In this document: piece after piece, positions 1-9,369 of the stretch | How positions within the stretch are numbered: the first letter of the stretch is position 1 | How the letters are laid out: every line of letters starts with the position of its first letter | Assembly: GCA_043753995.1 (NCBI GenBank) | Contig: JAYUVP010000201.1 | Span: 1-16,448, forward strand | Direction: 5' to 3' | DNA: 16,448 nucleotides | From: Fibrobacterota bacterium | GTDB lineage: Bacteria; Fibrobacterota; Fibrobacteria; UBA11236 | Translations under genes and position numbers: made by a program | Notes under the pieces: generated by a model | The model's database searches: none | Told to the model about the DNA's origin: nothing | What the model saw: only the letters and a program-made list of their open reading frames with translations

Positions 1-2577
1 TTCGGAATTTCGGAAAAAGATCTCGACCGCAGTGTTTCAACGACGACGATTCGCGGGCCGGATTCGCTGACCTTGCGTCAATTGCGTGAGCGTCTTCACA
101 ATACCTATTGTCGCAGTATCGGCGCGCAATTCATGCATATCGACAATCCCAAGGTGCGGGGTTGGCTGCAAGATCGCATGGAAGGCACGGAAAACCGCGT
201 GGCCCTGTCCCGCGAGCAGCAAATACGCATTCTGACCCGCCTTACCGACGCGGTGCTATTCGAAGAATTCATTCAGCGCAAATACCTAGGCGCCAAGAGC
301 TTTTCCCTGGAGGGTTCGGAAAGCCTGGTGCCCTTGCTCGACCTCGCCATTGAAAAGGCGGGCAATCTGGGCGTGGGCGAAATCGTCTTGGGCATGGCCC
401 ATCGCGGACGCCTCAACGTTTTGGCCAATATCATGCGCAAGACGGCGGCCGATATATTCCATGAATTCGAAGACAAGGATCCCGAAGCCTATATGCTGGG
501 CCGCGGCGACGTGAAGTATCACCTGGGTTACAGTAGCGACGTGGTGACGGCCACGGGCCGACGCATGCATCTCAGCCTTTGCTTCAATCCCAGCCATCTC
601 GAATACGTGAATCCCGTGGCCCAAGGGCGTCTCCGCGCTAAGCTGGATCGCGTGGCCGAAAGCCATCGCCACGAAGGCCTTTGCATTCTGGTGCATGGGG
701 ACGCGGCTTTCGCGGGCGAGGGCGTGATTCAGGAAATCCTGAATATGAGTGAATTGCCTGGCTATACCGTACGTGGCACCTTGCATATCATTCTCAATAA
801 TCAAATCGGCTTCACCACCTCGCCGCAGGAAGGCCGCTCGACGACCTATGCTACGGACGTGGCGCGCATGCTGCAAAGCCCGATTTTCCATGTCAATGGC
901 GAAGACCCCGAAGCTGTAGCGGCGGTGGTGAATTTGGCCTTGGAATTCCGCCGCGAATTCCAGCGCGACGTGGTCATCGACATGTATGGCTATCGCCGTC
1001 GCGGTCATAATGAGGGCGACGAGCCGGGCTTTACCCAGCCCTTGCTTTATCAAACCATTGCGCGACGCAAGGGCGTGCGCGAGGGCTATCTGGAACATCT
1101 GCTCAAACTGGGTGGGGTGACTCGCGACGAGGCCGATCGCATCGCGGCGCGCCGCACCGAGGAGTTGGAAACGGCTTTCACGGCCGCCAAGAAAAAGGAT
1201 TATCAAAAATCCCTGGAAGGCAGCAGTCGCGTCTGGATAGGCTATGTCGGCGGCCAGGAAAATGAAGTCGGCGATGTCGATACCGGTTTGCCGCGCGAAC
1301 GCTTGCAAGATCTATTGCAGCGCTTGACCCGACTACCCACCGATTTTCAGCCGCATCCGAAAATTGAGAAAATCCTGGAATCGCGCGCGGCCATGGCCCG
1401 CGGGGAAAAGCCTCTCGACTGGGCGGCCGCCGAGGCCCTGGCCCTGGCGTCCTTGACGGCACAAGGTCATCGCGTGCGTTTTTCGGGGCAGGATGTCCAG
1501 CGCGGCACTTTTTCCCATCGCCATGCGGTCTTGCACGATGTCGAAAATGGCTCGACCTATATGCCGCTGGGTCATATCGATCCGGCCCAAGGGCCGATGG
1601 AGATTTACAATAGCCCGCTTTCAGAAATCGGCGTCATGGGCTTCGAATATGGCTATAGCCTTGATTGCCCCAGCGGCCTCGTCGTCTGGGAAGCGCAATT
1701 CGGCGACTTCGTCAATGTGGCGCAAGTCATCATTGATCAATTCATCGCTTCGGCTGAGGACAAGTGGCGTCGCCTCTCTGGGTTAACCTTGCTGCTACCT
1801 CATGGCTTCGAGGGCATGGGCCCCGAGCATAGCCATGCCCGTCTGGAGCGCTTTCTTATGCTGGCCTCCCAGGACAATATGCAGGTGGCCAATCCCACCA
1901 CGCCCGCCCAGCTTTTCCATTTGCTGCGCCGCCAAGTGCTGCGCCCCTGGCGCAAGCCCCTGGTGGTCATGACGCCCAAGAGCCTGCTGCGCCATCCGCG
2001 TTGCACTTCCAGCCTGGAGGAATTGGCCTCAGGCACCTATGCCCGCCTTTTGCCCGACACCGCCGAGCGGACCGGGCGCAAGGTCGAGCGCGTCATACTC
2101 TGCAGCGGCAAGGTGTATTACGATCTCGAAGAGGCCCGCGAAAAACGCCAGGCTTGGGATGTGGCCTTGCTGCGTTTGGAGCAGCTCTATCCCCTGCAAG
2201 ACCGCACTCTGGAGCAAGCTCTGTCGCCCTGGCGCGATGCCGAGGGTAAACCGGCACCCGTGCTATGGGTGCAAGAAGAGCCCGAGAATATGGGCGCATG
2301 GCGCCATTTACGGGCGCGCTTTCTCGAAGCCCTGCCCGGCGGACATTTCTTTGGCGGCGCTTATCGCCCTGCCAGCAGCAGCCCAGCTACGGGCTCGCCC
2401 AATAGCCATCGCATTGAACATCAACGCCTCATGGACGCCGCCTTCGGCACCGCCCCGCGCGGGCTCTTCGGCGGCTGGTCCGACCCGGTCCGACCCCGTA
2501 GCGCGCAAGAGTCCGGTAACCCCTCTGTTTCTACCGGCGGCAGCGCCAAAGACTCCGCCCCCGGCGGGAAAGGCTAA
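1..2577 (+). CDS. sucA: 2-oxoglutarate dehydrogenase E1 component (5'-partial; begins upstream of the window)
   Basis: Frame is open from base 1 ([37 protein letters not shown]...), so the listed start at 73 is an artefact. Diagnostic motifs: [45 protein letters not shown], the ThDP-binding [10 protein letters not shown]...[60 protein letters not shown] and [12 protein letters not shown]. Confidence 0.98.
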   Translation, partial: FGISEKDLDRSVSTTTIRGPDSLTLRQLRERLHNTYCRSIGAQFMHIDNPKVRGWLQDRMEGTENRVALSREQQIRILTRLTDAVLFEEFIQRKYLGAKSFSLEGSESLVPLLDLAIEKAGNLGVGEIVLGMAHRGRLNVLANIMRKTAADIFHEFEDKDPEAYMLGRGDVKYHLGYSSDVVTATGRRMHLSLCFNPSHLEYVNPVAQGRLRAKLDRVAESHRHEGLCILVHGDAAFAGEGVIQEILNMSELPGYTVRGTLHIILNNQIGFTTSPQEGRSTTYATDVARMLQSPIFHVNGEDPEAVAAVVNLALEFRREFQRDVVIDMYGYRRRGHNEGDEPGFTQPLLYQTIARRKGVREGYLEHLLKLGGVTRDEADRIAARRTEELETAFTAAKKKDYQKSLEGSSRVWIGYVGGQENEVGDVDTGLPRERLQDLLQRLTRLPTDFQPHPKIEKILESRAAMARGEKPLDWAAAEALALASLTAQGHRVRFSGQDVQRGTFSHRHAVLHDVENGSTYMPLGHIDPAQGPMEIYNSPLSEIGVMGFEYGYSLDCPSGLVVWEAQFGDFVNVAQVIIDQFIASAEDKWRRLSGLTLLLPHGFEGMGPEHSHARLERFLMLASQDNMQVANPTTPAQLFHLLRRQVLRPWRKPLVVMTPKSLLRHPRCTSSLEELASGTYARLLPDTAERTGRKVERVILCSGKVYYDLEEAREKRQAWDVALLRLEQLYPLQDRTLEQALSPWRDAEGKPAPVLWVQEEPENMGAWRHLRARFLEALPGGHFFGGAYRPASSSPATGSPNSHRIEHQRLMDAAFGTAPRGLFGGWSDPVRPRSAQESGNPSVSTGGSAKDSAPGGKG

Positions 2578-2585
2578 TCCAGCCC

Positions 2586-3911
2586 ATGTCCATTGAACTC
2601 CTAGTCCCCAAGGTCGGGGAAAGCATCAACGAAGTCATGATTGCCGAGTGGCTCATCAAGGAAGGCGAGCTGGTGGCGCGCGACGTCAATGTCGTGGTGC
2701 TGGAAAGCGACAAGGCCACGGTGGAATTCCCAGCTCCTGTCGCTGGACGTTTGACCAAGGTATTGAAGCAAAAAGGCGAAATCGCCAAGGTCGGCGAGGT
2801 GATTGGCTTGATGGAAGAGGTGGCGGCAGGAACCGTGATTCCGGCGACCTCCTCGGCGAACACGACAACGGCTGCGCCGACAGCTAAAAGCTCGACTACC
2901 GTTGAAGTGAAACCAGCCTCCGCCGCCAAGGCGAGCCCCGCACCTAGCGCGCCGACGACAGCGAATGCCAATGCAGCACGTATAATGCCTGCGGCCCAAC
3001 ATGCCTTGGACGAGGCTGGCCTTTCCGCCGAAAGTGTAGCCGCCACCGGGCCCGGTGGGCGCATGCTCAAAGAAGATGTGCAGCGCCATGTCGCCGCCGC
3101 TGCCGCCCAGGGCGGGCAAAGCTCGCCAGTCACTGCACCGGCGAATATTCCAGCCAAGCCATCTGTAGTTGCGAATGCCGCGACTCCAAGTCAGTCACCC
3201 GCCCCTTCCGCACGCGGCACCGAAACGGTGCCCATGAGCATGCTGCGGCGCAAGGTTGCCGAGCGCTTGGTGCAAGCTCAACAAAACGCCGCATTGCTCA
3301 CAACTTTCAATGAAATTGACATGGGCGAGGTGATGGCGCTCCGCCAAAAACATCAAGAGGCGTTCACGCAAAAGCATGGCATTAAGCTTGGCTTCATGTC
3401 TTTTTTCGTTCGCGCCGTAGTCGATGGTTTGCGCCTCATTCCCCAATTGAATGCCCAGGTACGCGGCACGGACATACTCTATCATCACTATTGCGATATC
3501 GGTGTGGCCGTCGGGGGCGGCAAGGGCCTGGTGGTCCCGGTGATTCGCAATGCCGAATCGCTTTCGTTCGCAGCTATCGAAAAGACCATTGCCGATTTAG
3601 GGAAGCGCGCGCAGGGGAATGCCATTGCCCTCGAAGAATTGCAGGGTGGAACATTCACCATCAGCAATGGCGGCATCTACGGCTCGCTGTTGTCGACGCC
3701 CATAGTGAATCCTCCGCAAAGCGGCATACTTGGGATGCATTCCATTCAGGAGCGGCCCGTGGCGCGCAATGGTCAGGTAGTCATCCGCCCGATGATGTAT
3801 ATCGCTCTCACCTACGATCATCGCCTGGTCGACGGCCGCGAAGCCGTGACCTTCTTGAAGCGGGTGAAGGATGTGCTTGAAGACCCCGCGCGAATTTTAC
3901 TAGAAGTCTGA
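2586..3911 (+). CDS. sucB: Dihydrolipoyllysine-residue succinyltransferase, E2 component of 2-oxoglutarate dehydrogenase
   Basis: N-terminal lipoyl domain ([10 protein letters not shown]...LESDKAT, lipoyl-Lys) and Ala/Thr/Pro linker. E3-binding domain ARIMPAA...[13 protein letters not shown]. Catalytic domain with [43 protein letters not shown] and [12 protein letters not shown]. Starts 8 bp after the sucA stop. Confidence 0.97.
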   Translation: MSIELLVPKVGESINEVMIAEWLIKEGELVARDVNVVVLESDKATVEFPAPVAGRLTKVLKQKGEIAKVGEVIGLMEEVAAGTVIPATSSANTTTAAPTAKSSTTVEVKPASAAKASPAPSAPTTANANAARIMPAAQHALDEAGLSAESVAATGPGGRMLKEDVQRHVAAAAAQGGQSSPVTAPANIPAKPSVVANAATPSQSPAPSARGTETVPMSMLRRKVAERLVQAQQNAALLTTFNEIDMGEVMALRQKHQEAFTQKHGIKLGFMSFFVRAVVDGLRLIPQLNAQVRGTDILYHHYCDIGVAVGGGKGLVVPVIRNAESLSFAAIEKTIADLGKRAQGNAIALEELQGGTFTISNGGIYGSLLSTPIVNPPQSGILGMHSIQERPVARNGQVVIRPMMYIALTYDHRLVDGREAVTFLKRVKDVLEDPARILLEV

Positions 3912-3938
3912 TCCGTGAACACAGTTAGCGGGGTTTCC

Positions 3939-5339
3939 ATGTCGGCTCAATTCGATCTTCTAGTTATTGGCGCCGGTCCCGGCGGATATGTCGCAGCCAT
4001 ACGCGCAGCCCAACTCGGCCTTAAAACCGCCGTCATTGAAAAAGAAAATGCCCTGGGAGGCACTTGCCTTCGCATTGGTTGCATTCCCAGCAAAGCCCTG
4101 CTGGAATCGAGCGAGCTTTATCGCGAAGCGAAGACCGGCCTCACTAAGCATGGCATTCAAATCGACGGAGTGGGTCTCGATTTAGCCACCATGCTCAAGC
4201 GCAAGGACGACATCGTGACGTCTTTGACACGCGGCGTCGAGAGTCTGTTCAAGAAAAACGGCATTACCCGTTTGCAAGGACATGGCCGATTGATGGGACA
4301 AGGCCGTGTGGCCTTAATGAAACCCGGCCAGGGCATTTCTGAAGCGGAAGTGATTGAGGCTAAAAACATCCTGATTGCAACCGGCAGCAAAAGCGCCGTT
4401 TTGCCTGGCGTGGATATCGACGGTAACGCCGTAGTAACGTCTACCGAAGCCTTGGCCTTCACCTCGGTGCCGCAAACCCTGGTGGTTATCGGTGCCGGCG
4501 CCATCGGACTGGAATTGGGATCGGTATGGAGCCGCCTGGGATCCAAGGTCACCGTGATGGAATATTTGCCGCGCATTTTGCCGGGCATGGACGCAGAAAT
4601 TGCCGAAGAGGCCCGCAAGTTTTTGGCGCGTCAAGGGCTTGATTTCAAATTGGGCATGCGAGTGACTTCAGCCAAAGCCCAAGGCACCGGGGCCAAGGTC
4701 GAAATGGAAGGACAAGAGCCCCTGCTTTGCGACAAGGTATTACTGGCGGTGGGACGTGTGCCCAATACGGAAAATCTGGGCCTGGAAACCGTCGGGCTAG
4801 CCGTTGATGTTCGCGGACGCATAGCCGTGAACGCCAAATTCGAGACGGGAGTCGAAGGCTTATATGCCATCGGCGATGTCATCCCCGGAGCAATGCTGGC
4901 GCATAAAGCCGAAGAAGAAGGCATGGCTTGCGCCGAAATCATCGCCACCGGTCGCGGTCATGTCGATTACGAATGCATTCCCTCCATTGTATACACTCAT
5001 CCCGAAGTCGCCACGGTCGGGCGCTCGGAAGAAGACTTGATTGCGGCGGGCTTGCCCATTCGCAAGGGAAGCTTCCCATTCGCGGCCAATGGTCGCGCCA
5101 AGGCCCTCGGCCAAATCGAAGGCAAGGTCAAGGTGATAGCCCATGCCGAAACCGATCGCGTATTGGGCGTGCACATCGTGGGTCCACGCGCAGGGGAGTT
5201 GATTGCCGAGGCGGCTACAGCCATGGCCTTTGGAGCGAGTGCCGAGGACTTAGCGCGTGCCTGCCATGCCCACCCCACCTTGAGCGAAGCCTTGAAAGAG
5301 GCTTGTCTTGCCGTGGCCGGGCGCGCCATTCATTTCTGA
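3939..5339 (+). CDS. lpdA: Dihydrolipoyl dehydrogenase (E3)
   Basis: FAD-binding GAGPGGY, redox disulfide GGTCLRIGCIPSK, NAD-binding GAGAIGLE, AIGDV...MLAHKAEEEG and C-terminal HAHPTLSE. ATG at 3939 (MSAQFDLLVIG, preceded by GCGGGG) is preferred over the in-frame GTG at 3915. Confidence 0.97.
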   Translation: MSAQFDLLVIGAGPGGYVAAIRAAQLGLKTAVIEKENALGGTCLRIGCIPSKALLESSELYREAKTGLTKHGIQIDGVGLDLATMLKRKDDIVTSLTRGVESLFKKNGITRLQGHGRLMGQGRVALMKPGQGISEAEVIEAKNILIATGSKSAVLPGVDIDGNAVVTSTEALAFTSVPQTLVVIGAGAIGLELGSVWSRLGSKVTVMEYLPRILPGMDAEIAEEARKFLARQGLDFKLGMRVTSAKAQGTGAKVEMEGQEPLLCDKVLLAVGRVPNTENLGLETVGLAVDVRGRIAVNAKFETGVEGLYAIGDVIPGAMLAHKAEEEGMACAEIIATGRGHVDYECIPSIVYTHPEVATVGRSEEDLIAAGLPIRKGSFPFAANGRAKALGQIEGKVKVIAHAETDRVLGVHIVGPRAGELIAEAATAMAFGASAEDLARACHAHPTLSEALKEACLAVAGRAIHF

Positions 5340-5346
5340 GGGCTTC

Positions 5347-6177
5347 TTGTCACCGCGCCTTTTGCTTTCCGACATCGACGGCACCTTGCTCGATGACGAT
5401 GGTAACCTGCCTTCCGCCAATCGTGATGCCCTGCTGGCCTGCCGTCACGCCCAAGTGACGGTGGCCTTGGCTACCGGGCGTCGCTGGACGACAACGCGCC
5501 GCCTACTCGACCGACTTGACCTTTGGTCATGCATTGACTTCGCCATACTTAACAACGGCATGGTCATACAAGATTTGCGGAGCGCCACGATTTTATCGGC
5601 TCATGCCTTTTTGCCGAGCGATTTGTTTTCCATAGCGGACCACCTCGCCGAAATGGGCATGGACCCTATCGTGCTTGCGCACAGCAGCGACGGCTTGGAA
5701 CCCGATGTGTTTTACCGCAGTCTCAGCCTCATGAATGGCGATTTCATCGACAAAAATGCAGCCCAATCACGCCAACTTCCCACCTTCGAAACCTTGGAGG
5801 ATCGCCGCCTAGTGGAAATACTCCTGGTGGGTCCGCAAGACGATTTACGACGCGCTGAAATCGCCGTACAGAACTATCCCGTCGAAACGGCTCTTATCAA
5901 AAACTCTTTTTACCGCGAGTGGATGCTGGAAATTACGCCACGCGGCATCAGCAAATTCTCAGGTGCCCGTTTCTTGCAAAAACATATCGGTGTCGAGGCC
6001 GAAGCCACCATGGCCATCGGCGATTCGGCTAATGATTTGCCATTACTCAAGGCGGCGCAGCATGGCGTCGCCATGGCCCACGCCCCGGAAAGCTTAAAGG
6101 CAGTGGCCCAAGCGATAGCCGGCAACAACCATGAGGGTGGTATGGGTGCGGCGGTCATGCAGTGGATACGAAGCTAA
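5347..6177 (+). CDS. Cof-type HAD-superfamily (subfamily IIB) hydrolase/phosphatase
   Basis: Motif I SDIDGTLL, motif II ATGR, NNG before the C2 cap, motif III LEITPRGISK and motif IV AIGDSANDLPLL. Probable start is TTG at 5347 with GAGGG at 5338-5342 overlapping the lpdA stop. The 5308 start would overlap lpdA. Confidence 0.92.
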   Translation: MSPRLLLSDIDGTLLDDDGNLPSANRDALLACRHAQVTVALATGRRWTTTRRLLDRLDLWSCIDFAILNNGMVIQDLRSATILSAHAFLPSDLFSIADHLAEMGMDPIVLAHSSDGLEPDVFYRSLSLMNGDFIDKNAAQSRQLPTFETLEDRRLVEILLVGPQDDLRRAEIAVQNYPVETALIKNSFYREWMLEITPRGISKFSGARFLQKHIGVEAEATMAIGDSANDLPLLKAAQHGVAMAHAPESLKAVAQAIAGNNHEGGMGAAVMQWIRS

Positions 6178-6179
6178 AG

Positions 6180-6198
6180 CCCGTGTTTTTTTCACGGG
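6180..6198. terminator. Short hairpin between the convergent gene blocks, possible weak terminator element
   Basis: CCCGTG (6180-6185), a T7 loop and CACGGG (6193-6198) lie 2 bp after the HAD stop. The U-tail is poor: CTTT on the minus strand, and the T-run on plus is about 20 nt downstream. Confidence 0.4.
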
Positions 6199-6266
6199 AC
6201 AACTTCGATACCCCCTCTTTTTTTGCTCTTGCAAATCACAGCCTGGCCTACGAGAAAGCCGGCTAT

Positions 6267-9200
6267 TCAATTCCCCATCACCGCCTGAGTTTGCAATTGG
6301 GCTCCCTGCGATTCTAAACGGAAAATACGCATGCCTAAGTTGTTTTCGTTTTCCATCGGCCAAACCAGAGAATTCAATCCAGACAAACCCAAAACTGATT
6401 TTCGAACAAAGGTTTTTCCGTCGGGGGCATAAACGCTAAGCCGTACAGTGGCGGTTCGATCCAGGAAGAATTGCACCTGCCATTGCCGTGTTCCTGCTTG
6501 ATAGTTCACCCGAAAGCCTGAGGCCGAAGCAGGCTCATACAAGCGCGGGTTCATTGCCGAAGTGGGGCCAATGCGACCGCCTCGGGCGAATAGCACGGGC
6601 CATTTGAATCCGGTCACTACGGTTTTCGGTGCCGACCCGGAAGTGATTTTATCGGCCTTTAGCCCCATCCAGGCAATGGCGGTATCCGTGCCAGCAAGCG
6701 TGGTAAAAGCGACGCCACCATCACGTTTATCATAACTGGGAAAGCCGATAATGGTATTGGTCGTGAGGGTACCGGATTTTCGCGTTTCCAAATCAATGGT
6801 TCGTATGCTGAGCCCCGATAAATCGTCGATATATTCATAAACCACCACATCGGGAGAGTTTTTGGCGAATACCGGATTGCCAACGCTGGCCCCATCCGGC
6901 AAATCGCCGAGAGGCTTACGAATATCGCCAACGGCGAATTGCTTTCCAACCGTATCCCAGACATTCATCAAACCCACGTCCCAATACTCGATGGTCGAAG
7001 TTCCCGTGCCTCGCAATTGATTAAAGGCATCATATATCACGTTTTCACCGGAAATATCCCAGTCGAGTGATCCCGCATACATGACTCCGCCGGTACGGAT
7101 TCCTTCATTGGTGGGATTGTAAAGCTGGAAGCGCTGGCTTTTTCCCGATCCGATTTCAAAGACATAGAGTGAGCTATCATGGGATTTTTTCAAAGCGGCA
7201 TAGCGCTTGCCGTCTTTGGAAATGGCGGCGATTTCCCAAACTGGATTGGGTTCTAATACGGTTTCCTGGGGATTGGCGGCATCGGTTTTCAATTGCATGA
7301 TACGGCCATCTTTGGCAACGAAAATGGCTGTCGATCCATCGTCGGTCACGCTGGGGCGACTGAATAAAGGGGTGCGCGACAATGGCTTAGGATTGGTGAA
7401 GCCGCTGTCCACCAAATAGAGCGTATTGCCATCGCCCACCCCGGCTCGGGTAATCAAAGCGAATTGTAAACCGGTATGCAATGCCAAGGTGCTGACCTTG
7501 GGAGTCACCGCGGCCGGCGCACCAATTCCCACCGTCGCGAAAGCCTCAGCGGCGGCTTTTTCCTCCGCACTATTGGCTCCATAGAGATCCTGACAAGCGG
7601 TAGTCACGGCCAAGCGCATGTCCACGAATTGGGATGAGGCCGTCAAGTATTCGGTCAGGGCTTTATAATAAACTTGCTCGGCTTTTTCCTTGCCCACCGC
7701 AGTCGCGAATAAATAGAAGGCCCGATTGGTAATCCCGCTATTCACGTGCACACCACCCATATCACCGGCTTCGGTATTCGGCAGGGTCTGATATTCATTC
7801 ATGTGGGCGGGCTGCCAGCCACTGTTGCCCTTTTTAAGTCCCTGATTGGGATTGGACAAATCACGTACGGCACCGGTGGAAAAATAAGCCGGCTTTACGA
7901 TGTCTTCTCCGATTTTCCAATTCAAGCGCTCAATGAGGGCGCCGAAAATATCCGCCATGCTTTCATTAAGGGCCCCACTCTGCCCAATATACCGTAACCC
8001 CGCGGTTGCCCCCACCACTCCATGGGTGAGCTCATGCCCCGCCACATCCAGAGCGCCGGCGAGCGGCTTCATCGAAGTTCTCCCATTTCCATAAAACATG
8101 GCATTTCCATTCCAAAAGGCATTGTCCATGGCACGGCCATCGGTGCCGGGAACATTGATGAAGGAGCGAATATTACCCCCAGTGCCATTGATGGAATTCC
8201 GCCCAAAGGTTTTCAAATAATATTCGTAGGAAACCGTGGCATTATAATGCGCAGATACCGCAACGGGGTCGGCCCATTGGTTATTTGTCGAGGTGATGTG
8301 GCTATAGACGGGTCGGCTTTGAGGAGTGTTTTTCATATCCATGGTCAAAATGGTACCCACGGTTTGATCGGGGAATCTCGATCGCGTCGCATTGAACATG
8401 GGGCGGCCAGCATCAATCAGGTAATATTTGGAATCGGCTGCATTTTGATAGGTGCCCATACTGCGCGACTTGCCCAACAAATCCGTGGCGGCCGCGGTAG
8501 CGGCTCCGGCCTCGCAATGCACTGGGAATTTCAACAAAATCTTCCCGTCATTCGCATCAATAAGGTATTCCCACAATTCCAAAATATTGGCGCGAACCGC
8601 CAAATGCCAAGCCAGCCTCAGCGAGGGCGATGCGGAAGAATCCGTGGGGAAATAAACCAATTCGGGATTTCTTTCCTTTTCCGTAAATTCTTCGTTATCC
8701 ATGTTCACAACGGAGGTACCTTCGGTAGGCAACCCCAAGTTTTCACTGGCAATTTTTCGCACCTCCAGGATAGACAAGCTGGGGTGACTCGAAGGAATTA
8801 TCGCCGCTGTTTTGCGAAATCGCCCCAAGTAAATCCCTTCGGAATTCGGGCGTAAGACCACCTTGCCTTCGGCACCAAAAACGGGAATGCCTTTTTTAAT
8901 CTGTCGCACATGAAAGTGAGACCGATGGGATTCCCTATCTTTGGTTTCGATACGAAAGTCACCTTCTGAATGGAAACCCTTAAGATTTTGCGTCAATAGG
9001 CCCAAAAAACGCCTGCAATCGGCGCTATCTTGACTTTGAGGGGAATCCGAAGTGGAAACCTTGGTCAGAGAATTTCGAGTCTGGGCAGGTAACTTGGCCC
9101 GGAAATAAATGGGCGTTTCGCCATCTTCTCCATATCCAATTTCCGAGGCCATCTTGAAATCGGCCAATCCATCCGAAGCGGAGTCGAGGGACTCCTTTCT

Positions 9201-9272
9201 GTCTATGCCCCAAACGTGGGAAAAAACAAAAAAACAGGCAGTTGTTGTGAACCCAGCCCAATGTCTTAACAT
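6267..9272 (-). CDS. Secreted M4 (thermolysin-like) zinc metallopeptidase: prepro-region, catalytic domain, C-terminal beta-propeller-like region and T9SS/FlgD-like tail
   Basis: Signal-peptide-like N-terminus (MLRHWAGFTTTACFFVFSHVWG). FTP-like HVRQIKKGIPVFGAE and PepSY-like PELVYFP...LRLAW...YLIDANDGKIL. Catalytic motifs DNAFWNG..MFYGNG, LDVAGHELTHGV (HEXXH at 8022-8036), SGALNESMADIFG (third Zn ligand) and GGVHVNSGITNRAFY. RBS GAGGGG at 9278-9283. Confidence 0.95.
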   Translation of the reverse strand: MLRHWAGFTTTACFFVFSHVWGIDRKESLDSASDGLADFKMASEIGYGEDGETPIYFRAKLPAQTRNSLTKVSTSDSPQSQDSADCRRFLGLLTQNLKGFHSEGDFRIETKDRESHRSHFHVRQIKKGIPVFGAEGKVVLRPNSEGIYLGRFRKTAAIIPSSHPSLSILEVRKIASENLGLPTEGTSVVNMDNEEFTEKERNPELVYFPTDSSASPSLRLAWHLAVRANILELWEYLIDANDGKILLKFPVHCEAGAATAAATDLLGKSRSMGTYQNAADSKYYLIDAGRPMFNATRSRFPDQTVGTILTMDMKNTPQSRPVYSHITSTNNQWADPVAVSAHYNATVSYEYYLKTFGRNSINGTGGNIRSFINVPGTDGRAMDNAFWNGNAMFYGNGRTSMKPLAGALDVAGHELTHGVVGATAGLRYIGQSGALNESMADIFGALIERLNWKIGEDIVKPAYFSTGAVRDLSNPNQGLKKGNSGWQPAHMNEYQTLPNTEAGDMGGVHVNSGITNRAFYLFATAVGKEKAEQVYYKALTEYLTASSQFVDMRLAVTTACQDLYGANSAEEKAAAEAFATVGIGAPAAVTPKVSTLALHTGLQFALITRAGVGDGNTLYLVDSGFTNPKPLSRTPLFSRPSVTDDGSTAIFVAKDGRIMQLKTDAANPQETVLEPNPVWEIAAISKDGKRYAALKKSHDSSLYVFEIGSGKSQRFQLYNPTNEGIRTGGVMYAGSLDWDISGENVIYDAFNQLRGTGTSTIEYWDVGLMNVWDTVGKQFAVGDIRKPLGDLPDGASVGNPVFAKNSPDVVVYEYIDDLSGLSIRTIDLETRKSGTLTTNTIIGFPSYDKRDGGVAFTTLAGTDTAIAWMGLKADKITSGSAPKTVVTGFKWPVLFARGGRIGPTSAMNPRLYEPASASGFRVNYQAGTRQWQVQFFLDRTATVRLSVYAPDGKTFVRKSVLGLSGLNSLVWPMENENNLGMRIFRLESQGAQLQTQAVMGN

Positions 9273-9326
9273 TTTCGCCCCTCGTTGACCCCGGACTATG
9301 TTAAGGCCAAGAGCGCGATTTCGCCC

Positions 9327-9365
9327 GGAATTATTCCATAAAATCGATAGGCGTCAGACGATTTT
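9327..9365. promoter_or_regulatory. Palindrome and hairpin in the CotH-M4 intergenic region
   Basis: GGAAT-T-ATTCC palindrome at 9327-9337. AAAATCG (9340-9346) and CGATTTT (9359-9365) form an inverted repeat just downstream of the CotH stop. Confidence 0.3.
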
Positions 9366-9369
9366 CGCC

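Noticed and set aside
286..1308. 340-aa minus-strand ORF
   Set aside because: Antisense shadow of sucA in GC-rich coding DNA, with no recognisable motifs.
2531..3157. 208-aa Ala/Val-rich minus-strand ORF that looks hydrophobic
   Set aside because: Antisense reading of the sucB lipoyl domain and Ala/Thr/Pro linker.
6094..6439. Short ORFs spanning the convergent junction (6094-6363 minus, 6131-6439 plus)
   Set aside because: Both overlap the two flanking real genes and have no coding signature. The true gap is only 89 bp.
8022..8855. 277-aa plus-strand ORF
   Set aside because: Antisense to the well-supported M4 protease, with no motifs.
9221..9234. A6-C-A7 tract in the protease signal-peptide region as a possible phase-variation site
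   Set aside because: The runs are short and are explained by Phe/Val codons (FFVF). The frame is intact.
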